NCBI GenBank assembly: GCA_951406725.2
Contig: OX597831.1
Coordinates: 77,252,001 to 77,316,000 of the forward strand
Direction: 5' to 3'
Source: Octopus vulgaris
Lineage: Eukaryota
DNA: 64,000 nt
The notes beneath the pieces are model-generated. The model was given only the letters and a program-made list of their open reading frames with translations. It did not search any database and was not told where the DNA came from. Below, in pieces: positions 43,137 through 56,783 of this stretch. Position 1 is the first letter of the stretch, and each line of letters begins with the position of its first letter. A program made the translations under genes and the position numbers.

Positions 43137-44621
43137 CGGCAATGGGCCTAGAGGAAACTGTCTCTAAAAGGTCGGGCGGAGGTGGCGAACACGTACATCG
43201 CGTCCGTCATCTACTACCGCCTGACCGTCGTACCTTTGTCCCGACCCTACCATCACCAAACTACAACGCATTCTCTTCGCTTCTTGTGGAAAGGATGCGT
43301 CCCGTGGTCAGGCGATCCATTTGCTGTCAACACCCGTTAAAAGGAGGGCTGGGCATGCCGTGGTTGATGATGCGCAGACACGCGCTGAGACTGCGGCATC
43401 TCTGGCTCTATGTAGACGACGGTGAACAGGTGTGGTCGCCGTTTGTGAGGCACGCTTTCCCGCAGCTCGTCTCCATGACAGAACTGCAGTCGTGGATCAA
43501 AAAGAGGCCGAGGAAGAGTGAATGGCACCGCGAGTGTCGCGTTGCTCTCAAGCAACTATGCCGTCCCGGGTCGACCTTGAGTGACTTCAACACAACCCAA
43601 GCATTCTATAGGGGTTTAGTGGAGGGGAGGTACGACGACGAGCTCGGGGCGAACCTGGACGTCGACGAGGAGTACCTGACCCGCCTGTTCAGGACGACTT
43701 TCGGGCCAGGGCCCATGGACAACTTCCAGAGATCCCTGGCCTGGCAGTGCTACCGAGAAGCGCTACCCGTTCGGGATAAGCTCTACAGACACGGCTCGAG
43801 AAACACGGGGCCGACCTGCCCGAGATGCGGTCAGAGCGACGAAACCGTTCTGCACGCAATCGTTCAGGGTCCAACAATTTCCGACCTGTGGGCTTATGTC
43901 GAACAACTGCTGTCACGTGTGGGACGAGTCGGTTTATCAGCTGAGTCTATCGTCAATATCGTCACGCCTCCTTCCTTCAAACGGGAAGGAAGAGCTATTT
44001 TTATCATCCTTGTGGCTATGGCGAAAGAATGTATCTGGTGGACGCGTCTGAAAGGATTGGAGACAAACACTTTCCTCTCTGGTCAATCTCTCATCAACTT
44101 CTTCAAGTACCACTTGAAAAGGAAAGTGAGAGTAGAGAGGCAAGTTTTGTCTAGCGAATGTTTTAAAAAAAGATGGATGAATGTAGCAAGAATGGCACGT
44201 ATGAATGACGAAGCCACCTTGAGCATAGTCCTATGAACCAGAAATCGAAAACAGAGAGTTGCTTATTTGCAAAAAAAAAAAAAAAAAAAAAGAAATATAA
44301 AATGTGACTTCATTGACCGAGGTTACCGTGGTCTTTTCCGTAGGCTTTTCTTTCCACGGGTAAACCTCACCTGTCCTCCCCTTTACACTTCATATTGACA
44401 TTTCTGTGATAACGATCCCTATTGATCAATTTTTTTTTTCCTCTCCCCCTTTTTTTTAACCCCCCCCTGATTTTTTGTCCTCTTTCTCTCCTTTTACGAT
44501 CCCTTTTGATCGAAACTCCCCTTCCTTTTTTTTTTTTTTTTTTTTTTTTTAAACCTTCAAAAGAAAAGCTCTACCTTGTAATTTGTTCTATCTGTGTGCA
44601 GCCCTGTGTGGCTAATAAAGG

Positions 44622-44622
<1 letters not shown>
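43137..44622 (+). mobile_element. 5'-truncated second copy of the Tx1-like element
   Basis: Colinear with 41659-43085 but diverged. Encodes CPRCGQSDETVLHAIVQ and ends GGCTAATAAAGGA followed by (TCTA)n. Confidence 0.92.
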
Positions 44623-44706
<84 letters not shown>

Positions 44707-44876
44707 GCTATATCTATATATCTATATATATGTGTGTGTGTGTATGTATATATATAAATATGTATATATATATATATATACACATATGTGTGTGTGTGTT
44801 TGTATATGTATATGTATGTATGTTTGTATGTATGTTGTATGTATGAGAATGAGCAGTAAACAAATAAGATCAAGAA

Positions 44877-44911
<35 letters not shown>

Positions 44912-45255
44912 GCAACAACAACAATAGCTGCAGCAAAATTGCATCGCAGTATTCATTACTTCACATTATCCAATCCTTATGAAAAAAGAAAAACAAGCAA
45001 AAACAACAGAAAGAAGAAAAAGCAGATGTAGTTGCTTTTTCTAGAAGGTCGTGTGACTGCGTTGAGGATCACTTTGACCCGGGGCTAAACAGCAACATTA
45101 GGCCGTTCTATGACAAACAAGAGAAATACTAGAAGGAAATGATGTCTGTTTTGAACTTCAAATTTTCACATTTACAATTGCGACTTCCTGCAATTCCGTA
45201 CCGTTTAATGTTTTACTTGAAATTTGTCCTTGCCATATGTGCGTGCGCGCGCGCG

Positions 45256-45295
<40 letters not shown>

Positions 45296-45395
45296 CACGC
45301 CGGCGTTTTGCGTCTGTGTGTGCGTATCTCTCTTTCTCTCTCTATATATATACATAGATACATAGATACATACATACATACATACATACATACAT

Positions 45396-45456
<61 letters not shown>

Positions 45457-45802
45457 TACATATATATATATTTATGTATGTATGCATGTGTATGCTCACA
45501 CACCAATAGGATTTACAGAATGCATACATGTCTATATAAATATATATACATATATTTTTATATATCATCATATATACCGCCCGATACGACATATATGCAT
45601 GCATCTATTTGTAGGCATATATACACATGCAGTTATACATATATATATAAATAAATATATATATATATACATGTATATAAACATAAACGTATATGTATAT
45701 ATGTATATATTCTTCCATTCATATTTGTATTCAGACACATTCATAAGTGTATATAAATGCATATATATATATATATATGTATATATATACATTCATGCAT
45801 AC

Positions 45803-45859
<57 letters not shown>

Positions 45860-45987
45860 CATATATACATAGATACATACATATATAGATACATACATAC
45901 ATACATACATACGTAAGTGTGTATATGGGTGTTTGTGTACATAGACACACTAAATAAGTGCATGTATAACATGCGCAGACAAACACT

Positions 45988-46027
<40 letters not shown>

Positions 46028-46696
46028 CACACGTACACGTACACGTACACGTACACGCAGTTACTCTCTTTCACAGACACACTAAAATCCTGACTTTTTT
46101 TTCTATCTCCACGATGTTGTGACCTCGAAGTTCTTTTTTGAAGAAATGAAGCCACAAGTAATTCCTTTATGATTTCAACTTCCCTCCTACTGCTACTGTT
46201 GCTGTTGGTCCTCCTCCGCCTCCTCCTCCTCCTGTGGCCGCCGCTGCTACTGCTACTGCGGCTGCTGCTGCTGTTTTCGTCATTTAGAATCATGTCGGCT
46301 CTGGCCTAACCGTCACCGTTTATGCTCGACCGATCCGATTTTCTGAAACAGTGAAACCACAGACTGTATTTTTTTTTCAGTGTGTATGTTTTTGTTAAAG
46401 CCAGAAGGGTGTGGCTTCAAGAAGATTTCGCTGCCGATTCGAGCTGATCCGGAATGCATTTTATATTATAATACATATATTTTTATAGACGCACTCATTT
46501 ACATTCGTACATACACTTATATACTGTATGCATATAAGTTTATATGCATACATGCATGCGCGCATACATGCATGCATATATATGTATACATACATGCATA
46601 CATATATTCATAGTACATATACATACACACATATAACTATCTATATGCACAGACATATACATGAATTATCTATATATACATATCTATATTCATATA

Positions 46697-46745
<49 letters not shown>

Positions 46746-46987
46746 ATCCGCACACATATATTTGTGTATATATTCATATATGCATATGAATACATACGGA
46801 TATATAGTGATGTATGTATGTATATATATATTGCGTACGCACACATAAACGTATATATACATATGTTTTAGTGTATATATGTGTGTTCGTACACGCACGA
46901 ACATATATCAATGAGTTTAAATATATATATATATCTACAAACATATGAATGTATGTATGTATGTACCTATCAATGCATGTATGTATG

Positions 46988-47040
<53 letters not shown>

Positions 47041-47045
47041 GTATG

Positions 47046-47132
<87 letters not shown>

Positions 47133-48387
47133 CATTGTAAACATAAATTTGAGACCCAAAAATGAATTACAAACCCACAGGCGGATATTATGTTTTAATA
47201 TTGTTTATATTAACATTCTTAACTGTTAATGTACAATATATATGCAGTGTGTGTGTCTGTGTGTGTGTCTGTGTGTGTGTCTGTGCATTTGTGTATCTGT
47301 GTCTGTTTGTGTAGTTGGGTGTTAGTGCGTATGCTTGCGTGAGTGCGTTTGAAAGGGAGAATGCAACATTCTGAAGCTGGCCAGTATTTCATTGCTAATT
47401 GTTTTAACAGCGTTTAAGTACAAACTAAACCTTTTTTTAACTTGAGAAATTACATAATCTTTGCTTCTATTATAAGTATGTTAGTATTAATACATTTAAT
47501 GTCAGGAGAATTTAGAACTTAATTATGCGTCGAGGAAAATAAATCAATATAATCTGAGGGCTGATATTAGTTTATTTTGCATCTCCCCAACAAAGTATAA
47601 AGTTCTTTAAAGCATAAAGGAGTATTAAAATTTACTTGAAGCATTGCAATAGATATAAATGAGACAAATACTTGCAAAATCCTTTGAGTAATTGAGAAGT
47701 TATGCAAAGCGACTAAGATGATGGCAATGAATGCAAACAAAGAGAAAATACTCTATACGTCACATTGGTTGTTTAATATTAATATAATATTTCGGGAAGT
47801 GTTCTCCTTTTGAAATAGAAGCAAAATAATGGAATGGAGAGATGCGTTATTATCGACAGGTCATTCTACTGAATTAGCCAGTATACCAGTGGTTGGTTGA
47901 GTGCGGGTACGTAAATAGTGCCTTGAAAAGGCCAGTGAATGATAGTTCAATTTCAAGGTACGTGAGACAGTAGGTAAGATATTTTGAAATTTTCTTTGGC
48001 CAGCAATATGTAATTAAAATAAGGTTTACTTGAAAACAATAGCTAAGTTAGTGTTAACATCATGAAATGTTGGAGACGTTAAATAGTAATGACTAGAAAT
48101 AAACATGAGATAGAAGGAAAACGATATTGGTCAACCACTAGTCCTATTTTGAGGGTTTTCCGAACGGCTACTACGGGAGGTGTCTCTAGGTATATTTAGA
48201 TATTATATTTAGATTTCATTTCTGTAACATAATTCATTTGGAGACAGTCATGAGCATCTACCAATGTGCACGATAGAACTTCAATCTGGTTGCTTGATCT
48301 GCAAGAAATCGCAGTCAATTCTTCTTCAAATGGCATCCTGCAGTTAAAGATTAAAGGAGAAACAAGAGCGAAAGATTAAAGGAGAAA

Positions 48388-48733
48388 CAGAGAGCGAAAA
48401 CCTCTGCCAAGGCAACACCAACGTCCTCTCAACTATTAACCAGAGATGATTTTTAAAATGAGAATATCTGAAATAAACTCCACAGTTCTCACAAACGAGA
48501 ATACTAAAAATAAACCTGACCACTCTCAAAAATTAAGTAAACAAAAAAACAAAAAAAAAACCGGAAAATAATCCAGAATCCTTGTCCGGTACCAGATCGA
48601 TCCCAAAATCTAATGAATTCGTGCCAGTCCAGTGGTTCTTGGGATATCTTTCCACGGACAAACAAACATACAAACAAACTAACAAACGCGACTGAAAACA
48701 ACACCCACGCCTTCGCTAATGCAGAGGTAATAA
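48388..48733 (-). mobile_element. Helentron-associated (HINE/DINE-1-like) non-autonomous element
   Basis: The minus strand begins TTATTACCTCTGC, has a (GTTT)n-like tract, and carries the subterminal inverted partner CCTTGGCAGAGGT near the other end. Confidence 0.6.
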
Positions 48734-49127
48734 CAATCGCCACATGGGACTGCTTTGTTTTTCATTATTCCGATCTGGATAAAATAATGTCCCAGACATG
48801 CACTGGGGTTGATTTAATAGACTTGCATCACCCCTCAATATTTCTGGCCTTGTACTAAGTGTGTCATTATGCATCTAAACAATTTGAGTTGAAGGAACAG
48901 AACAACAAAAGAACTTTATCCTATAATCAACAGACACATTTGTCCAATCTCAGGCAAACTCATCATTGACCTCATTGTGACTTCCCTGGACTCAAGTTGC
49001 ATTCTCGCATCCATTGTTTATAGATGCAGCTTCTATTTTTCATCCTTCTATCTTTTTAAAAAAATTATTTAAAAACATTTCATTTAAACACTCACGTACT
49101 AATCAACAGGAGTGACCATCACCATTA

Positions 49128-49200
<73 letters not shown>

Positions 49201-49202
<2 letters not shown>

Positions 49203-49512
49203 TATGTTTGACTTTTGCTTTATATTTGCACAAGTTGGCTCCAAGTCTCACCCAGAGACCTCAAGAGGCAACAGGTTGGAAGTTCATGTTGTTGTTATGC
49301 CTAGTGTGCCATATATTTGGGGTTTTTTTGTGTCGTACTAGTGAATGTCTAAAAAAAAAAATCGAAAATTATGTTTGTTTTAAACCTTGAGATTACATAG
49401 AAAGTATTTTGCGTAGGATATGAGCAGTTCCCATGAGCACTATCTTTTGAATTTCTGCCGTTTTGGGGTTTCCTGGTATCTGAGTTAGGTAGCAATCAGC
49501 CTCTTTTGCTAT
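49201..49512 (-). mobile_element. 3' fragment of a second R4/Dong-type subfamily
   Basis: The minus strand encodes EIQKIVLMGTAHILRKILSM* plus a 3' UTR; (ATT)n lies on both sides. Confidence 0.75.
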
Positions 49513-49513
49513 C

Positions 49514-49565
<52 letters not shown>

Positions 49566-49605
49566 GTTATTGTTATTGTTGTTGTTGTTGTTATTGTTGT
49601 TGTTG

Positions 49606-49667
<62 letters not shown>

Positions 49668-49670
<3 letters not shown>

Positions 49671-51575
49671 TAGTTGTATTTTTATATTGTGCTTTCATTT
49701 CACTACCGAGTGCATCTCTGTGTACCTTGGGTATGTGCTGTGATTTTTTTGTGATGCTCTGATGGTTACTGTATTGAAAGTGTTCTAAGTAGGATGTGTG
49801 CAGTGCCCAGTAGTGCAATTTTCTGTATGTTATATGTGTTTGTAAGTCCTGGTGTTTTTGTTATGTATTTGTCTGAATATTTTTTATCATGCCTAATGCG
49901 CCTACTATGATAGGAATTGTTTCTGTTTTTAGATTCCATATTCGAGTTACCTCTATTTCCAGGTCTTTGTATTTTGAAAGTTTCTCCATTTCTTTTAGAG
50001 ACACGTTGTCATCTGCTGGTATTGATACATCAATTAGAAAGCATTTTTTTCTTCATGATCTCTGACAACTATATCTGGTCTGTTGGCCTTAATTTCTCTA
50101 TCTGTGTGTATTGGCATATCCCAGAGTATGGTTGCTTTCTCGTTTTCTGTGACCTTTTCTGATGTGTGTTTATACCATCTTTTTTTCTGTTGTTATTCCA
50201 TAATGTTGGCATAGCTTCCAGTGTATGTAGGTCCTAACTCTGTCGTGTCTGTGAATATATTCCTTCTTAGCCAGGACCTGGCAGCCAGAGTAAGATGATT
50301 TATTGTTTCTTGTTCATCTCCATATATTCTGCAGTTACTTGTTATATTTCTTTTCATTATATGTTTTTGGTAATTTCTGGTGGGGAGGCTTTGGTCTTGT
50401 GCTGCAATTAAAAATCCCCCTGTCTCTGCTTTGAGTCCTGAGCTTCTCAACCACTGCTGGGATGTTCTTTGTCTATTTATTTTGCATTTAGTTAGTCCAG
50501 TACTTGCCATGAAGGGGCTTTTCTTGCCATCGTTTTATCATGGTCCGTTGCTGTTCTAGTTTTAGTTTTGATTTCATTTGCTTTATAGCTTTTGTTGTGT
50601 TTTCTTCTTCTTCTTCTTCTTCTTCTTCTTCTTCTTCTTCTTCTTCTTCTTCTTCTTCTTCTTCTTCTTCTTCTTCTTCTTCTTCTTCTTCTTCTTCTTC
50701 ATATTTGTTAGGTGGTATGATTTCTTGTTTGTATTTGTCAGCTTCCTTAAATACTGAGAACAGTTTTTGTTTTGCTCGTGTTTTGCCGCTATCTGGATCA
50801 GTTTTCCTTCCTTCTGAAGTAGATATTTTTGCAGTCCTATGGTGATTATTTTATTGTAGTTTTCCAGCTGTATAAGGCCTCTACCACCTTCTATACGTTG
50901 TATATATAGCCTTTCTATGTCAGATTTTGGGTGATGCATCCTAGATCCTGTCATTATTTTTCTTGTTTTCCTATCTATTTTGGTTAGTTCATTTAGCGTC
51001 CAGTTAAGGATATTGTAGCTGTAACTTATAACTAGGACAGCTAAAGTGTTGATACCTATTATCTTGTTTTTAGCATTGAGCTCTGTTTTTAGTATTGATC
51101 TAACTCGTCTATAGTATTCTTTCTTTATTTTCTCTTTCATTTGTGTGTGTTGTGTCTTATTTAGTTCATGGATTCCTAAATATTTGTAAGTTTGGCTTTG
51201 GTCTAATTCTCTTATTTCATTGGCTTTATCAAGTCTGATGTTGCTACTCTTAACTAGTTTTCCTCTTTTCAGGGTTACTTTGGCGCATTTTTCTAATCCA
51301 AATTTTATATCTATTTCTTTGGTGAATCCATGAACTGTCTTTAGTAGTGCTTCCAGCTGTTTGTCATTTGTAGCGTATAGTTTTAGGTCATCCATATATA
51401 AAAGGTCGCTGATCGTTTTGCCGTAACATTTATATCCGCATCCAGTTCTATTTAGCATATCAGATAGAAGTGACAGTGCCAAGCAGAAAAGGAGTGGAGA
51501 GAGCGTGTCTCCCTGGAATATTCCTCTTCTAATGGGGATGGCTTTGGTTTTCACGAGTCATGGTGATGGCTTTGG

Positions 51576-51578
<3 letters not shown>
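49668..51578 (-). pseudogene. 5'-truncated R4/Dong-clade LINE (RT, zinc motif and restriction-like endonuclease)
   Basis: GIFQGDTLSPLLF, LLYMDDLKL, FGLEKC, YKYLG, EGGRGL, AAQDQSLPT, CRI..ETINH, RHDRV, RPDIVV..LIDVSIP, KYKDLE. Stop near 49766. Flanked by (TAA)n on both sides, with an internal (GAA)n expansion at 50603-50700. Confidence 0.9.
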
Positions 51579-51647
<69 letters not shown>

Positions 51648-51676
51648 TTTATTTCATTTTCGCACAAGTGTGGTGC

Positions 51677-51910
51677 GCTGGCAGAATCATTAGCACGCTG
51701 AGCGAAATGCTTAGCTTCATTTCGTCTGCCGCTAAGTTCTGATTTCAAATTCCGCCGGGCTTGACTTTGGTCTTCATCCTTTTGGGGTAGATTAAATAAG
51801 TACCAGTTACATACGTATATACCTACATATACACACACGCACTGGGGTCGATGAAATCGACCAGCCCTCTCCTCCCAAATTTCAGGACTCGTGCATATAT
51901 AGTAGAAAGG
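51677..51910 (+). mobile_element. SINE family 2
   Basis: GCTGGCAGAATCATTAGCACG...TTCAAATTCCGCC...TTCATCCTTTTGGGG. Confidence 0.75.
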
Positions 51911-52149
51911 ATTATTTCATTTACGCACAATGAATTAAATTGATGGAAAAAATCTTAACAATAGGCTCCAACTAATAATCTTAGATGCTAAGAACTTTCC
52001 CAAATATTCTAGCCGTCCCTAATAGTACTTTTTTCCGGAGCTGCACTGTAGTAGGTTTAAGGTCTATTTTCTCTATCCATGTAGACGAAGACAAATGAAA
52101 GAGCAACAAGCAGGTGTAATAGTTTGACGCTCAGGAAGAATGGAAAAGG

Positions 52150-52185
52150 CTTTGACGTTTCGAACCGACGCTCCTCGACAGAAAG
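52150..52185 (-). ncRNA. Minimal hammerhead motif of family B (degenerate)
   Basis: Minus strand cuuu-CUGUCGA-g-gagc guc gguuc-GAAAC-GUC-aaag. Confidence 0.55.
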
Positions 52186-52219
52186 GGATGAGAGGAAAAG
52201 AAATGGAGAGAGAATGAAA

Positions 52220-52254
<35 letters not shown>

Positions 52255-52528
52255 TAATGTGTAAGGAGAAAGTGTTTAACATAATAAAATGGCAGGAAGA
52301 ATATGTTTGTATTTGTGTGTTTAAGTATGTTATGGGAAAGAGAGCGGAAGTGAGAGGAAAGAGAGAAGAAACAGAAAGAAAGGGAGGAAGTGCTGGCGAC
52401 TGTTGTAAGCTGTTTGCGAGATGGATGAGCCTCGGACCAGGTCTGACCAAGTAGCCAATGATCAGAACGTATTTCAGACTTTTTCTTTTGAGACATAGTA
52501 GGATAATATTATGCAATATCGCCTTTCC

Positions 52529-52571
<43 letters not shown>

Positions 52572-52603
52572 AGCTATCTAGCTACCCACACACACACATC
52601 ACA

Positions 52604-52649
52604 AAATCTGCTACTCAGAGTTTCCCGTTCCCGTTTCTCAGACAGATTT
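52604..52649 (-). ncRNA. Minimal hammerhead motif, same family as 687-735, in a decayed foldback (about 52598-52700)
   Basis: Minus strand aaaucugu-CUGAGAA-acg GGAA cgg-GAAA-cuc u gag-UA-gcagauuu. Confidence 0.6.
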
Positions 52650-52896
52650 GATTGACCGACGAACAGGAACGTGAAACCCTAACAGTTTTTGTGATGCTTT
52701 TGCAGCTTTATCAATAATGTGTGTGTGTGCCTATGTATATATATATATATATACAAAATTGGACAAGAACGCAAAACATCCAGAGGACAAGGTGATACAA
52801 ATAGGGACAACAAAACATCTGGATAGACGATACCAATAAAACACGGATGGGTCATTCGAAGCCTTTAATCTTCAGTCAAGAACCAGATCATTCTCG

Positions 52897-53058
52897 ACGG
52901 GCATCTTTCAGTTTCCGTCTACTAAATCCACTCACAAGGTTTTGGTCGACCCGAGGTTATAGCAGAATGCACTTGCCCAAGGTGCCCCGCAGAACGACTG
53001 AACCCGGAACCGTGTGGTTAGAGAGCAAGCTTCTCACCACACAGCCACGCCTGCGCCC
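52897..53058 (-). mobile_element. SINE family 1, 5' half
   Basis: Reverse complement of the head and core, abutting a family A fragment. Confidence 0.75.
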
Positions 53059-53187
53059 ATACATGTATACAGACGATGTATGAGCATTCAATTTTTGCCG
53101 ATTGACCTACACACATGATTTGTTTATAATGATCAAATGTACGTGCTACACATAAGCACATTCTCTCCATATATATATATATATATA

Positions 53188-53247
<60 letters not shown>

Positions 53248-53249
<2 letters not shown>

Positions 53250-53600
53250 AACATAAAAGAGATACCCGAGGAATAGGATATCTGACTCGCTAGAAAGAGC
53301 AGTTAAAAACTCCAAGCCACCAATTGTTATAATTCCGAAAGTGATTGAAAAATAAAAAACCTTGCAGGGTCTAGGATTAAGGTAAACGTTTTTATTTTTC
53401 AATCACTTTCGGAATTACAACAATTTGTGGCTTGGAGTTTTTAACTGCTCTTTCTAGCGAGTCAGATATCCTATTCTTCGGATATCTCTTTTATGTTTGA
53501 ATGTACACTATTATTCTCTGAATAATATATAGTATATTGACTAATTTTTTCTCGTTAGTCCATTGGTAACTAAGAATTTTTCGATAAAGTTTTTAATTAT
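53248..53600. mobile_element. Foldback element (about 112-bp arms 53248-53360 / 53388-53499 plus tail) between (TA)n tracts
   Basis: CAAACATAAAAGAGATA...AAAATAAAAAAC is inverted as GTTTTTATTTT...TATCTCTTTTATGTTTG with few mismatches. Confidence 0.8.
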
Positions 53601-53609
53601 ATATATATA

Positions 53610-53993
53610 CTAGCAGTATCACTCGGTGTTGCTTGGATTTGTTTCGACCCTTTAGAATTGGAATTTTTGAAAAGTAAACATTTTGCATTATGCAACTTGT
53701 TATTCTCTTCAAGTGAACATTTTTCCAGTTGAAATACACCGAAAAATGGTGACGCAGCAGTCAAAAATCGTAAAAAATAGGGATTTTCATAGAAAAAAGC
53801 ACCTTTTTGATGTAAATAATTTTTGGTGTTGACATGGTCCGATTTGGAATTTATCTTCTACAGAATGAAGAGCAAACCTTCTTCTATCATACTCTCAATT
53901 TTTGTCAACTTGCGCTGCAGGGTCTTGAAGGAGATAGTGTTAGTTGAAGGCTACCAAATCTGCCACACAACTTCAGCTTTATATATATAGAGA
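53610..53993 (-). mobile_element. Non-autonomous Helitron (same family as 19049)
   Basis: Reverse complement of 19049-19420 with TC and CTAG termini. Confidence 0.85.
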
Positions 53994-54039
53994 TTTGCTA
54001 CACACTACTTTCCATCCTTAATAATGAAACTTGGTAGAT

Positions 54040-54701
54040 CCAAAAGTTAAACACACAGACACATACACAGTTACACACACAGACACACAGTTGAGTTTTA
54101 TATATATAGATAGATTTCTCAACGGGGATTTCAGGGAGTCACTGGCGATGTATCGTGATGATCAAAAATCCGGCCTGCTAAAATTTGGTTAAAGTGATTC
54201 AAACTGCAGACTCAATGCAAAATGGTCACATTTAATTCAAAGCGTTAAAAATGTTATGAAAACAATTGGTATGTATTCACAAAGTCCAAACGATTAATAC
54301 GAAAAAACCTCCAGGCTACATCCCGAATATTCATTTCTTTGCCGAATTTCTACAATGTTTACGGCGATTCGTTTTTATATCTTGATTTTTTATTTTTTAT
54401 GCAATTTACGCATGCTTGCACGCGTGGTGAACAGAGTTCACGTCAAACAGCTGACTAAGTAAAGTTCACTATTCAATGCATGGGATAAGGCCTAAACAAA
54501 CACATTATCGATTTTTGCACTTGCGAGATGAATTTCGGAACAGAAATAGCGCAGTTCAATTTTCATTCGCCTAAACTTTAAGTGACCCATCTTTGGTGGT
54601 TCTACGATTTGTTGGCTAGGAGGAGATGTGCCGGAAAGTTAAACACACAGACACACACACAGATACACACACAGACACACAAGTTGAGTCTTATATATAT
54701 A
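54040..54701 (-). mobile_element. Two Helitron-like fragments sharing a 5' end
   Basis: AAAGTTAAACACACAGACAC...GTTGAGT(T/C)TTATATATAT(AGA) occurs at about 54042-54110 and 54636-54701. No clear CTAG end. Confidence 0.45.
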
Positions 54702-54709
54702 CATACAAC

Positions 54710-54740
<31 letters not shown>

Positions 54741-54858
54741 CACACACGTGCATAAGCGTACACAAAGACGTGCATAAACGAAAATACAAATTCTACATTT
54801 CTACTCTTTCACAGGCAAAGTAGTATCTGAGAATATTCTAGAAGGAATAGTAAATAGG

Positions 54859-54889
<31 letters not shown>

Positions 54890-55111
54890 GTATGTGTGTA
54901 TGTGTGTATATATGTATGTATGTATGTGTTTATCTACTAATGTGTGTTACTCTATGTGTGTATGAATGCAAGTGTATTTGCATGTATGTTTGTATGTGTG
55001 CATGTTTGCATTATGTATGCATACGTATATACCTACATATACACACACAAACGCACATATATGTATACATATGAATGCATAAAGACGCATGTATGCACAC
55101 ACATTCACACA

Positions 55112-55163
<52 letters not shown>

Positions 55164-55345
55164 TGTGTGTGTATGCATACATATGTATGCGCATACATGC
55201 ATACATACATACATACATACATACATACATACATGTATATGCGCATATATGTGACCACACATACATATATACATACGCACACATTTACACACAAGCATCC
55301 ACGTACATATGTACACACACATACAAACAAAGACATACACTGACA

Positions 55346-55397
<52 letters not shown>

Positions 55398-55735
55398 CAC
55401 GTATATGTATATCAAATTAGCTTTAAATACTACGGCGAGTCATTATTGTTTAGACGCCTTAGCAAGCAATTATTGTATTTGTTACGACAATGTTCTCACA
55501 GAATAGATGATAACTATTTCTCATTTCTTTATTTTATCTCTCCCCCACCCCGGTTCTAACCTTCCCCGCCATTGTTCCTCCATTCTCACTGGTTCCTCTT
55601 TCATGTTTTGCTATTAAGTCTATCTCTACTGATCTTCTTTCTCTGCTTCTTCTTCTTCTCCTTCCTCTTCTAATTTCTCCATCTCACGCACGCTCTCTCG
55701 AACACTCATTCTGTCCGTCCGTCCGTCTTCCACTG

Positions 55736-55771
<36 letters not shown>

Positions 55772-55879
55772 CTTTATGAAATGGAATAACCAAATGAATA
55801 AGTTACTGCCCATAGGCGCAAGGCCTCCTTGACTGGTGAGTTCCACGCGTTTATCAACGTTATCTAACAATTTCTTACG

Positions 55880-56160
55880 CTTGGGAGTACCTTGTATCTC
55901 TATAAAGTCAGGGCCTTCTCTTCAATTGCTCGATAGAATTCAAAACCGAGATGTTATCGTGGTAGATCCACTTATTTCTACTTGGTTAGTTTCTTTGACT
56001 CATCATCGAAATATATATTAGCTGTGTCTTTTCTATAATTCCGTGGTCATTGCTCTGATAACCCTTGGGTGTAGTACTTCCATCAAGAGCTTTAAACGTG
56101 TAATACGCTTCTCTTCCCAGGCATACCGTTCGTCTGTTGAGATTCCTGTTAATCATAAGT
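55880..56160 (+). pseudogene. Old CR1-like LINE C-terminal fragment (continues at about 57170-57300)
   Basis: LQLLDRIQNR...SLTHHRN..LCLFY..GHCS resembles the CR1 post-RT region. Confidence 0.55.
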
Positions 56161-56231
56161 CTTTTTACATTATTTACATTATTTACATTATTTACATTTG
56201 CCGGATATTTGTCCTCATCTTGTTTGTTGTT

Positions 56232-56277
56232 AACACAACGTTTCAGCTGATATACTCTCCAGCCTTCATCAGGTGTC
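56232..56277 (-). ncRNA. Type-I hammerhead ribozyme, intact core
   Basis: gacac-CUGAUGA-a-ggcug gagaguauau cagcu-GAAAC-GUU-guguu. Confidence 0.82.
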
Positions 56278-56326
56278 TTGGGGTAATTTCGAACCTGGGT
56301 TCTCATTCCTAAGGTACTTTTTCGAA

Positions 56327-56464
<138 letters not shown>

Positions 56465-56470
56465 ATTATA

Positions 56471-56536
<66 letters not shown>

Positions 56537-56540
56537 ATTA

Positions 56541-56607
<67 letters not shown>

Positions 56608-56609
56608 CA

Positions 56610-56662
<53 letters not shown>

Positions 56663-56693
56663 ATTATTATTATTATTAGTATTATTATAATTA

Positions 56694-56783
<90 letters not shown>

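Noticed and set aside
42896-44236. 446-aa ORF as an independent gene
   Set aside because: Chance read-through from the 3' UTR and (TCTA)n into the ORF2 C-terminus of the truncated Tx1 copy.
46060-46365. Possible minus-strand exon after TGTTTCAG
   Set aside because: All three frames stop within about 12 codons and no homology is recognisable; it cannot be supported without RNA-seq.
50583-50720. Poly-Lys tail on the RT ORF
   Set aside because: A frameshift into an expanded (GAA)n tract inside a dead element.
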